This document shows positions 49,958 through 58,749 of a stretch of DNA of 64,000 nucleotides, piece after piece. Source of the stretch: Alphaproteobacteria bacterium (GTDB lineage Bacteria > Pseudomonadota > Alphaproteobacteria > UBA828); NCBI GenBank assembly GCA_965237415.1, contig CBDEFM010000002.1:1664001-1728000 (forward strand), read 5' to 3'. The stretch's first letter is position 1. Each line of letters starts with the position of its first letter. The position numbers and the translations under genes are program-made. The notes under the pieces are model-generated. The model ran no database searches, was not told the origin of the DNA, and saw only the letters and a program-made list of their open reading frames with translations.

Positions 49958-51610
49958 ATGACGCGCCGAGAGAACCGCGTACACCCCGCTGCCACGCTTC
50001 TGGCCCTGCTCCTGTGGGCAGCCGGAACACACGGTGCCAGCGCGGCCGACCCGCAAGCGTTGCGGTTCGTCGATGTCGCCCTGGCGGCCGGGGTGGAGCA
50101 CGCTTATACCGGCGACTGGACGCACTATGTGGGCGGCGGCGTTGCCGCCTTCGATTGCGATCTCGACGGCGATTCCGATCTCTTCTTCGCAGGCGGCGCG
50201 TCCCCTGCCACGCTCTATCGCAACGACAGTGCGCCGGGCACGCTCCGCTTTTCGGCAGTGGTCGGCAGCGCGCTCGTCGAGACCGGCGTAACCGGCGCCT
50301 ATCCGCTGGACATCGACGGCGACGGCAACATGGACCTCGCCGTGCTGCGGCTCGGCGCAAATAAGCTTTACCGGGGGCTCGGCGAGTGCCGCTTCGCCGA
50401 CGCAGGCGAGGCCTTGGGCGTTCCCCGCGGCAACGCCTGGACCACCGCCTTCAGCGCGGTTTGGGAAGGCGACAACCGGCTACCGACTCTCGCCTTCGGC
50501 AACTACGTCGATCGCGACCTGTGGGCCGCCATGCACACGCCCTTCGGCGACTCAGGCACCGGCGCAGCGCCGACGCCGGCCTGCCCGGACAATCTCCTGT
50601 TCCGCCCGGCAGACGTGGATGCGGCAACTTACGCGCCGGCGATACCGCTCAGCCCCGGCCATTGCCCGCTCTCGATGCTCTTCTCCGACTGGAGCCGCGC
50701 GGGGCATCCCGACCTCCGGGTCAGCAACGACCGCTTCTATCATGAGGACACCGGCGAGGAGCAGCTCTGGCACATGGACGCCGAACCCCGGCTCTACGGA
50801 CGCGCCGACGGTTGGCCGCGGCTCAGGATCTGGGGCATGGGGATCGCGAGCCACGACCTCACCGGCGACGGGTTGCCTGACTACTTCCTCTCCAACATGG
50901 GTGCGAACCGGCTGCGCACGCTCGCCCTCGGCAGCATCGCTGGCCCCGAATTCCGCGAAATCGCCTTCGATCACGGTGTCGAGGCCAGGCGCCCGCACGC
51001 GGGCCTCGACGAGCGGCCCTCCACGGCGTGGCATTCGCAGTTCGCCGACGTGAACAACGACGGCTGGATCGACCTCTTCGTCGCCAAGGGCAATGTGGAG
51101 GAGATGGAGGAGGCCGCGGCGGACGATCCGAACAACCTGCTCCTGGGCGGCCCCGACGGGCGTTTCCGCGAGGCCTCCGTGGAGGCAGGCACGGCCAGCA
51201 TGCGGCGGAGCCGCGGCGGCGCCGTGATCGACCTCGACCTGGACGGCCTGCTCGACATCGTCGTCGTGAACCGTATGGCCAATGTCGAGATCCTGCACAA
51301 CCGGAGCCGCGACGGCGGCCACTGGCTTCAGGTCATGTTGCGCCAGGACGACGCCAATCGGAACGCCATCGGCGCATGGATCGAGGTGCGCGCCGCGGGC
51401 CGCATCCAGCGCCACGAGGTCGCGGTCGGCGGCGGCCATGCGAGCGGACAGGCCGGATGGATTCACTTCGGACTGGGCGCGGCCGATGCCGTCGAGATTC
51501 GTGTCCAGTGGCCCGATGGGAGTTGGAGCCCGTGGCGGCGCAGTGCCACCGATCGCTTCCTGCTGATCGAGCGCGGGCGTACACTGGCTGGCGTACGCCA
51601 GACCGGGTGA
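49958..51610 (+). CDS. Secreted CRTAC1/ASPIC-UnbV family FG-GAP repeat protein
   Basis: Signal peptide, repeated DxDGDGxxD motifs, C-terminal N..AIGAWIEV...GGGHASGQ..HFGLG...VQWPDG. Confidence 0.88.
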   Translation: MTRRENRVHPAATLLALLLWAAGTHGASAADPQALRFVDVALAAGVEHAYTGDWTHYVGGGVAAFDCDLDGDSDLFFAGGASPATLYRNDSAPGTLRFSAVVGSALVETGVTGAYPLDIDGDGNMDLAVLRLGANKLYRGLGECRFADAGEALGVPRGNAWTTAFSAVWEGDNRLPTLAFGNYVDRDLWAAMHTPFGDSGTGAAPTPACPDNLLFRPADVDAATYAPAIPLSPGHCPLSMLFSDWSRAGHPDLRVSNDRFYHEDTGEEQLWHMDAEPRLYGRADGWPRLRIWGMGIASHDLTGDGLPDYFLSNMGANRLRTLALGSIAGPEFREIAFDHGVEARRPHAGLDERPSTAWHSQFADVNNDGWIDLFVAKGNVEEMEEAAADDPNNLLLGGPDGRFREASVEAGTASMRRSRGGAVIDLDLDGLLDIVVVNRMANVEILHNRSRDGGHWLQVMLRQDDANRNAIGAWIEVRAAGRIQRHEVAVGGGHASGQAGWIHFGLGAADAVEIRVQWPDGSWSPWRRSATDRFLLIERGRTLAGVRQTG

Positions 51611-51614
51611 CGAC

Positions 51615-52580
51615 ATGGACGACTGGATCGCGCGCAAGGACCTGATCGAGGCGCCGCGGCTCAAGGCGCTGTCGCGGCGCTCGGACCTCCTGGGCTGGCT
51701 CCAGACGCTGAGCCAGCTCGGTGCCGCGGGGCTCACGGGCTACGCCATCCATGCGCTCTGGGGGAGCTGGTGGGTGGTGCCGGCGTTCCTGTTGCAAGGT
51801 GTCATCCTCTGGGGCTTCTGCTATGCGGGCCAGCACGAGTTGGGACATTGGACGGTCTTCCGCAACCGGACCCTCAACGACGCCTTCGGCCACCTGGCGA
51901 GCTTCCTGCGCGTCTACGCCCACAGCTATCAGCGCTTCTTCCATTTTGCCCATCACCGGCACACCAAGGTCGCCGGGCACGACCCTGAATTGTTGGCGCA
52001 GAAGCCGTGGACGCTCTGGGGCTACCTGAAATTCGTGGCCGGCCCGGCCTACTGGATCGCGCAGGTCCGCAAGACTGTGGAGCACGCCTTCGGCCATGCG
52101 ACCGAACCCTTCCTCCGGGAGAAGGAGCGGCGCATCGTGATCCGCGAAGCGCGTCTCTACCTGCTCGGCTATGCGGTCGTCGTCGCGCTTTCGGCCTATT
52201 TCGAGAGCTGGGCGGCGCTCATCTGCGTATGGGGGCCGATGATGGTCACGACGGCGTTCTATCGCCTCTATGTCGCGGCCGAGCACCACGGCATGCCCAA
52301 CGGGCGGGGCGTGATCGGGAGCACGCGCACGACCCGCGCCGGGCCGCTTCTACGCTGGTTGATGTGGCAGATGCCCTACCACACCGAGCACCATCTCTTC
52401 CCCGGCGTGCCATTTCATAAGCTCGGTGCGCTCTGCCGGGAGCTGCGCGCGGGGCCGGACTCCAAGCTCGCCGGGATCAACGAGGTCGCGCCGGGCTATG
52501 TCGCCGTGAACCTCAAGCTCCTCGCCATGCTCCGCCGCGGGGAGGACCCCACCTTCCTGGCCGAGGCAGCGCGGGCGTAG
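51615..52580 (+). CDS. Membrane fatty acid desaturase family (MocD-like)
   Basis: His boxes HELGH, HFAHHRH, HTEHH. Confidence 0.9.
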   Translation: MDDWIARKDLIEAPRLKALSRRSDLLGWLQTLSQLGAAGLTGYAIHALWGSWWVVPAFLLQGVILWGFCYAGQHELGHWTVFRNRTLNDAFGHLASFLRVYAHSYQRFFHFAHHRHTKVAGHDPELLAQKPWTLWGYLKFVAGPAYWIAQVRKTVEHAFGHATEPFLREKERRIVIREARLYLLGYAVVVALSAYFESWAALICVWGPMMVTTAFYRLYVAAEHHGMPNGRGVIGSTRTTRAGPLLRWLMWQMPYHTEHHLFPGVPFHKLGALCRELRAGPDSKLAGINEVAPGYVAVNLKLLAMLRRGEDPTFLAEAARA

Positions 52581-52602
52581 AGGGCTAACGCGAGTCGAGA
52601 CG

Positions 52603-54387
52603 ATGGACGGCGTCCAGCTTGCGATCCTGAACAAGCGCTTCGAGGCCATCTGCCGCAAGATGGCCAATACGCTCTTCCGCACCGGGCGCTCGGGCGTGCT
52701 CAACACGGCGCGCGACTTCTCCTGCTGCATCGTCACCGCCGACTGCGAGCTGCTGGCGACCGCCGAGAGCCTGCCGATCCACGTGCTGAGCGGCCCCGAC
52801 CTGATGGCGGCCTCGATGAAGGAATTTCACCCCGACCTCGAACGCGGCGACGCCTTCCTGCACAACTCGCCCTATCACGGCTGCTCGCACCCGGCCGATC
52901 ACACGATCCTGGTGCCGGTGATCGACGATGCGGGCGTGCACCGCTTTACCGTCGTCGCCAAGGCGCATCAGGCCGATTGCGGCAATTCCATCGCCACCAC
53001 CTATCACGGCTCGGCGCGCGACGTGTACGAAGAGGGCGCGCTGATCTTCCCGGCGGTACAGGTGCAGCGCGGCTACGAGACGATCGAGGACATCGTCCGC
53101 ATGTGCCGGATGCGCATCCGCGTGCCGGACCAGTGGTGGGGCGACTTCCTCGCCATGCTGGGCGCCGCGCGGGTGGGCGAGCGGGAGCTGCTCGCGCTCG
53201 CCGAAGAGGCCGGCTGGGAGACCCTGGATCGCTTCTCGGCCGAGTGGTTCGACTACAGCGAGCGACGCATGGTCGATGCGCTCGAGGGACTGCCCGCCGG
53301 CAGCCTCACGGTCGCCAGCACCCACGATCCGATACCGGGGGCGCCGGAAGGTGTGACCGTGAAGGTCGCCGTGCGCGTCGACCCGGCCGCTTCGCGGATC
53401 GAGATCGACCTCCGGGATAACGGCGATTCCCTCCCCTTCGGCCTCAACATGAGCGAGGCCTGCGCGTGCACATCCGCGATGGTGGGCATCTTCAACGCGC
53501 TGCCCCACACCGTGCCGCCCAATGCCGGGGCCTTCCGCCGTATCGAGGTGAAGCTCAGGCGGGGCTGCGTCGTGGGCATCCCGGAGCACCCGACTTCCTG
53601 CTCGGTGGCCACCACCAACGTCGCCGACCACATCGCCAACGGCGTGCAGCGCGCTATCGCGGAGCTCGGCGACGGCCACGGCATGGCCGAGGTGGGCGGC
53701 GTGATTCCGCCGAGCTGCGGCGTGATTTCGGGCACGGATCCGCGCAGCGGCGCGCTCTTCGTGAACCAGATCTTCCTCGGCTTCGGCGCGGGCGCAGCGG
53801 CACCCGAAACCGACGCCTGGATCACCATCGCCCACGTGGGCAATGCCGGCCTCTGCTACCAGGATTCCATCGAGGTCGACGAGATGGTCTTCCCCCTCAC
53901 CGTGAAGGGGCGCCATTTCATCACCGACAGCGGCGGCGCCGGGCGCCAGCGCGGCGGAGCCGGAGCCTTCGTGGAATTCGGGCCGGTCGAAGGATGCCTG
54001 CTTGAGGTGGGCTACGTCAGCAACGGCGGGGTCAATCCCGCGAACGGCGCCCGTGGCGGCGGCAGAGGCGCCCTCGCCGGCCAGTACCGCCGCAAGCACA
54101 ACGGCGAGCTGGAGGCGCTCGCGGCGTGCGCACAGGTGGCGGTGGCGCCGGGGGAGACGATGGTCTCCATCTCCGCCGGCGGCGGCGGCTACGCCGAGCC
54201 CTGCGCCCGCGAGCCGGCGCGTGTGGCCCATGACGTGCGGGAGCGCTGGGTCTCGCCGGAGGCCGCCCGCGACATTTTCCGCGTGGCCCTCGATGCCGCC
54301 GGCAATGTCGACGAAGCCGGGACCCGCCGGCTCAGGGCAGACGCGCCTGCGGATGCAGGGGTCAGGGTGCAAGACGCCGCGGAGTGA
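52603..54387 (+). CDS. Hydantoinase B/oxoprolinase family protein
   Basis: RDFSC, HNSPYHGCSH..D, HQADCG, DSGGAGRQRGG, AGGGGY. Confidence 0.92.
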   Translation: MDGVQLAILNKRFEAICRKMANTLFRTGRSGVLNTARDFSCCIVTADCELLATAESLPIHVLSGPDLMAASMKEFHPDLERGDAFLHNSPYHGCSHPADHTILVPVIDDAGVHRFTVVAKAHQADCGNSIATTYHGSARDVYEEGALIFPAVQVQRGYETIEDIVRMCRMRIRVPDQWWGDFLAMLGAARVGERELLALAEEAGWETLDRFSAEWFDYSERRMVDALEGLPAGSLTVASTHDPIPGAPEGVTVKVAVRVDPAASRIEIDLRDNGDSLPFGLNMSEACACTSAMVGIFNALPHTVPPNAGAFRRIEVKLRRGCVVGIPEHPTSCSVATTNVADHIANGVQRAIAELGDGHGMAEVGGVIPPSCGVISGTDPRSGALFVNQIFLGFGAGAAAPETDAWITIAHVGNAGLCYQDSIEVDEMVFPLTVKGRHFITDSGGAGRQRGGAGAFVEFGPVEGCLLEVGYVSNGGVNPANGARGGGRGALAGQYRRKHNGELEALAACAQVAVAPGETMVSISAGGGGYAEPCAREPARVAHDVRERWVSPEAARDIFRVALDAAGNVDEAGTRRLRADAPADAGVRVQDAAE

Positions 54388-54415
54388 CCCGGCTTTCAGC
54401 GAGAGGAGGGACAGG

Positions 54416-54820
54416 ATGAAGGCGCACGGCGCCTGCTTTTGCGGGCAAATCACCTACGAAGCGGAGCTCGATACCGACCGCATCCTTATCTGCAACTGTA
54501 CGGATTGTCAGACGCTCTCCGGCTCGGCCTTCCGCACGGTGGCATTCACCACGGAGAACGGCTTCACCCTGCTCTCCGGCGAGCTCAAGGTCTACGTCAA
54601 GATCGCGGACAGCGGCAATCGGCGCCAACAGGCCTTCTGCGGCAACTGCGGCTCGCCCATCTACGCGACCTCGGACCCGGCCGGGCCCTTCTACGGCCTC
54701 CGCGTCGGCACCATCGCCCAGCGCGATCAACTGGTCCCGAAGGTCCACATCTTCAACCGCTCGAAGCAGCACTGGCTCGACGAGATTCCGTCGCTCCCCA
54801 CCATCGAGGGCATGCCCTAG
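54416..54820 (+). CDS. GFA (CENP-V) family protein
   Basis: GACFCG, CNCTDCQ, FCGNCGS. Confidence 0.92.
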   Translation: MKAHGACFCGQITYEAELDTDRILICNCTDCQTLSGSAFRTVAFTTENGFTLLSGELKVYVKIADSGNRRQQAFCGNCGSPIYATSDPAGPFYGLRVGTIAQRDQLVPKVHIFNRSKQHWLDEIPSLPTIEGMP

Positions 54821-56193
54821 CGGACGAAGCGCTCGTCGATCACCGTGAGCGATGCGTCGAGCGCGTCGGTCGCGATTTCGATTTCCTCTTGGGTGATGGT
54901 GAAGGGTGGGCCCAGCTTGATCGTGTTCGGCGAGAATCCGCTCATATAGACGCCGCGCTTCGCGTTCTCGGCCGCGACGATGGCGTTGGGATGCGCGCTG
55001 AGATCGCCGGTGAAGGGCGAGTAGCGGTCCTCGGGCACGATGGGCTCGCCGTTCCCGTTCACGAGATCGACCGTGTAGAAGAGGCCGCGCCCCGACACAC
55101 GGCCGACACAGGGGTGCCTCCCCCCGAGCGCGTCGAGCCGATCCTTGAGGTAGGCGCCGCGCTGGCGGACCTGCTGCATGATGTCGTGGGCCAGCAGGTA
55201 TTCGAGGTTGCCGACGATGGTCGCGCAGACGAGGGGATGGCCGTCCCAGGTGCTGCCGGTCCACCACCGGGCCTTCTCGAAATAGTCGGCGATCGGCGCG
55301 CTCGCGATCACCGCGCCGACCGGCAGCGCCGAGCCGTTGATGCCCTTGCCGGCCGCCATCAGGTCCGGCTTCACCCCCGGCCAGTGCATGTAGCCGAACC
55401 ACTCGCCGAGCCGGCCGAAGCCCGTGATCACCTCGTCGTCGATCCAGAGGAAGCCGTACTTGTCGCAGAGCGCGCGGAGGCCCGGCATGTAGTCCGCATG
55501 AGGGAAGGTGCCGCCCGCGCCCAGCATGGGCTCGGCGACTACCGCCGCGATGTTCTCGGCCCCGAGCGCGCGCACGATGTGCTCCGTCGCCTCAAGCGAG
55601 GGCAGCCGCCCGTTGCCCGCCCAGTCCTCATGCTCGGGCGGGGGAATCGGGATGTAGCCGTGCGGCGGGAAACCCGGCACATCCGCGACATCCCCAAAGC
55701 CGGCGTCGGTCGAGATGTTGTTGCGGTAGCCCCGCATCATCGTCGCGCCCACGGTCATGCCGTGGAAGGAATGGGCCTGGGTCAGGATGACGCTGCGCCC
55801 GGTGTAGAGCCTGGCCATCATGATGCAGCTCTCGACCGCCTCGGTGCCCGACGGCAGGATGCGGAGCCGCCCGGCCCACTCCTCGCTGCCCAGGACATCC
55901 GCGATCACGAGCTTCGCGGCCCGCGCGCGATACTCGTTCGCCATCGTATAGGTGACGTGGCCGTAGCGCTCCATGGCCTCGGCAAGCGCGCCATGGATCG
56001 CCGGATGGCGGTGGCCCAGGTTGTCCGAGATCAGCTGGCTCATGAAGTCGAGCAGCCGCGTGCCGTCGGCGAGCACGAGGTAGTTGCCCTCGGTCGCGTC
56101 GACGCCCGTGAAGCTGTGCTCGGCCTCCGCCTGCAGCCCGTGCAGATAGTAGGCCCGATCCCAGCGTTCCAGTTCGTCCCAATCGCGTGTCAT
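54817..56193 (-). CDS. Class III aminotransferase (taurine/omega-amino acid-like)
   Basis: SGTEAVE, SFHG, DDEVITGFGRLG, PDLMAAGKG. Confidence 0.9.
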   Translation of the reverse strand: MTRDWDELERWDRAYYLHGLQAEAEHSFTGVDATEGNYLVLADGTRLLDFMSQLISDNLGHRHPAIHGALAEAMERYGHVTYTMANEYRARAAKLVIADVLGSEEWAGRLRILPSGTEAVESCIMMARLYTGRSVILTQAHSFHGMTVGATMMRGYRNNISTDAGFGDVADVPGFPPHGYIPIPPPEHEDWAGNGRLPSLEATEHIVRALGAENIAAVVAEPMLGAGGTFPHADYMPGLRALCDKYGFLWIDDEVITGFGRLGEWFGYMHWPGVKPDLMAAGKGINGSALPVGAVIASAPIADYFEKARWWTGSTWDGHPLVCATIVGNLEYLLAHDIMQQVRQRGAYLKDRLDALGGRHPCVGRVSGRGLFYTVDLVNGNGEPIVPEDRYSPFTGDLSAHPNAIVAAENAKRGVYMSGFSPNTIKLGPPFTITQEEIEIATDALDASLTVIDERFVR

Positions 56194-56343
56194 GACGCCC
56201 CCTCCAGGCCGGTCGCGGTACGCCTTCAGGTTAGCCCACCCGTGCCTGTCGCCCTACCCGCCCGCCGATTTGACCGCTCGGGCCTGCTGCATATCATGCG
56301 CGCCGTCCGGGCGCGGCCCGCAGAACGATGAGGAGATCAAGGA

Positions 56344-57399
56344 ATGGCGAAGGGTAAGGCGGTCGTCGTCGGCGGCCTCGGTATGATCGGGCGCAACATC
56401 ATTCAGGCACTCGAGGCCGAAGGCGGGTGGGATATCGTCGGGCTGTCGCGGCGGCCGGCGAACTTCGAGACCGAGGCCACCTTCATCTCCGTCGACCTGT
56501 TGGACGATGCCGGCGCCAAGGAGAAGCTCGCGGGGCTCACCGACGTCACCCACATCTTCTACGCCGGGCTCTCCGGCGGCGTCGAGGCCGAGAACGTGGA
56601 GGGCAACCTCGCGCTCGTGACCAACTCGGTCGGCGTGATCGAGCCCATCTCGCCCAGCCTGGAGCGGGTGCTGCTGGTGCAGGGCGGCAAGTACTACGGT
56701 GTCCACCTCGGCCCGCACAAGACGCCCTCCAAGGAGACCGACCCGCGCCACCTGCCGCCCAACTTCTACTATAACCAGCAGGATTTCATCGCCGACCTGC
56801 AGCAGGGGAAATCGTGGAACTACACCATCCTACGGCCGGAGGCGGTGGTCGGCTTTGCCGAGGGCATCCCGCTCAACACCGCCTCGCTCGTCGCGGTCTA
56901 TGCGTGCGTGTGCAAGGCCATGGACGTGCCGCTCAACTATCCGGGGCCGGAGGCGGCGTTTACCGCCTTCAACAAGTTCGTCGATGCCCGGCTGCTCGGA
57001 CGCTGCGCCGCCTGGGCCGCATCCAACCCCGCCTGCGCCGGCGAGGCGTTCAACGTGACCAACGCCTCGGGCATGCGCTGGTGCAACCTGTGGCCGGCCT
57101 TCACCGAGTATTTCGGCTGCCGGCCGGGCGTCTTGATGCCGATGAAGCTCGCCGACTTCATGGCGGACAAGGGCCCCGTCTGGGACGAGATCGCGCGCAA
57201 CCACCAGCTCAAGACGATGGCTTACTCCGACCTCGGCGATTGGGGCTTCGCCGACTGGAACTTCGGCCGCACCTGGGACACCATTCTCGAAGACACCAAG
57301 CGCCTGCAGTACGGCTTCACCGAAGCCATCGACACCGAGCAGAACTTCATCGAGATCTTTGACGACATGCGCGCCGCGCGCGTGATCCCGGCGGGCTAG
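56344..57399 (+). CDS. PRISE-like SDR (progesterone 5-beta-reductase/iridoid synthase-like)
   Basis: GLSRR, GGKYYG, PNFYYNQQD, EAFNVTN, DTEQ..RVIP. Confidence 0.88.
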   Translation: MAKGKAVVVGGLGMIGRNIIQALEAEGGWDIVGLSRRPANFETEATFISVDLLDDAGAKEKLAGLTDVTHIFYAGLSGGVEAENVEGNLALVTNSVGVIEPISPSLERVLLVQGGKYYGVHLGPHKTPSKETDPRHLPPNFYYNQQDFIADLQQGKSWNYTILRPEAVVGFAEGIPLNTASLVAVYACVCKAMDVPLNYPGPEAAFTAFNKFVDARLLGRCAAWAASNPACAGEAFNVTNASGMRWCNLWPAFTEYFGCRPGVLMPMKLADFMADKGPVWDEIARNHQLKTMAYSDLGDWGFADWNFGRTWDTILEDTKRLQYGFTEAIDTEQNFIEIFDDMRAARVIPAG

Positions 57400-57430
57400 A
57401 GAAATCGTGGTGGGGCCAAGCCTAACGCCG

Positions 57431-57543
57431 CCCCCACCTCACCCCGGCCCTCTCCTCTCCTGGGAGGAGAGGGAGAATAGGCGGCGCCGTCTACGTCCCC
57501 TCTCTGCCTCTTGGGGGCGGAGAGGGATAGGGAGAGGTGGGGG
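57431..57543. repeat. Palindromic intergenic repeat element (REP/CIR-like) between convergent genes
   Basis: CCCCCACCTCACCCCGGCCCTCTCC...GGAGAGGG and its inverted partner CCCCTCTC...GGAGAGGGATAGGGAGAGGTGGGGG. Confidence 0.7.
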
Positions 57544-58422
57544 TTAGCCTCGGAAGCGGGGCTCCGGCAGGCCGCGACAGCCCGTGCCGGTGACGGCGAA
57601 GATGCTGCCGGCCTGCTCCTGCCCCGCGAGCGCGTCCTCGCTCAGGTTCACACGGGCGCCGGTCACATAGAGCACATCGAGGTCGGGGCCGCCGAACATC
57701 GGGCAGGTGACCTGCTGGAAGGGCATCTCGACGGTGCGATCCAGCGTGCCGTCCGGCGCGAAGCGGGCAACGCACCAGCCGTTCCAGCGCGCGTTCCAGA
57801 CGTAGCCTTCGGCATCGACGGTGGAGCCGTCGGGGATGCCGGGTGCGCTGCCGGGGCCGGCGAAGACTCGCTTGTTGGAGATCGCGCCGGACGCGGTGTC
57901 GAGGTCGTAGGCCCAGATCACATCCTGATCGAGATCGGCGAAATACATGGTGCCGCCGTCGGGGCTGAAGGCAATCGAGTTGGAGACGACGATGCCGGTC
58001 TCGGTCTTGTGCAGGCTGAGGTCGTGATCGAGCCGATAGAGGGAGCCGAGCGGGCGGCCCACCATCGCGTCGTCCATGCTGCCGGCCCAAAAGCGGCCTT
58101 GCCGGTCGCAACGCCCGTCGTTCATGCGGCTGTCGGGCACGTCCGTCTCGACCTCGTGGATGGTCTCGACCGCGCCGGTCTCCGGATCGAAGAAGCGGAA
58201 GCCGCCGTAGAAGGCGACCACCATGCCGCCCTGCTCACGCAGCACAAGGCAGCCCGGCTGTTCGTCCACCGGCACCTGCCTATATTCGCCTGTCCCCGGC
58301 GTAAACCAGCTGATCGACTGGCCCTTGATGTCGAGCCAATAGAGCCGCTGATCGACCGGGCACCAGACCGGGCTTTCGCCGAGCTCGTCCCGGCAATCGA
58401 CCACGAACGCGACCTCGACCAT
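57544..58422 (-). CDS. SMP-30/gluconolactonase family protein
   Basis: LGESPVW, RMNDGRCDRQGRFWAG, SNSIAFSPDG, PDGSTVDAEG. Confidence 0.93.
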   Translation of the reverse strand: MVEVAFVVDCRDELGESPVWCPVDQRLYWLDIKGQSISWFTPGTGEYRQVPVDEQPGCLVLREQGGMVVAFYGGFRFFDPETGAVETIHEVETDVPDSRMNDGRCDRQGRFWAGSMDDAMVGRPLGSLYRLDHDLSLHKTETGIVVSNSIAFSPDGGTMYFADLDQDVIWAYDLDTASGAISNKRVFAGPGSAPGIPDGSTVDAEGYVWNARWNGWCVARFAPDGTLDRTVEMPFQQVTCPMFGGPDLDVLYVTGARVNLSEDALAGQEQAGSIFAVTGTGCRGLPEPRFRG

Positions 58423-58495
58423 CGCTCTCGCTCCCGATGAGTTGCCGCCGAACGGCATCGTTGGACCGCCGCATCGCGGTGCCGGCAGGCCGGGC

Positions 58496-58570
58496 TGGTG
58501 GGCGCTGCTGGATTTGAACCAGCGACCCCCGCCGTGTGAAGACGGTGCTCTCCCGCTGAGCTAAGCGCCC
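58496..58570 (-). tRNA. tRNA-Val(CAC)
   Basis: Reverse complement GGGCGCT...TTCACAC loop...AGCGCCCACCA. Confidence 0.96.
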
Positions 58571-58749
58571 GCCCGGCAGGCGATTAGAGAAACCGCGCCG
58601 GCCGCTGTCAAGGCGCCACGGACGATTCACGCCGGCGCAAGCCGGACGGCCGACAGTGCACGCGATGCGGCGAGACTACCCTTGGGCGGCGTTTCCCGAT
58701 ATTGAATGCGGCCGGGCCGTATGTGCCGATGTGTTCCAGGGAAGACGCA

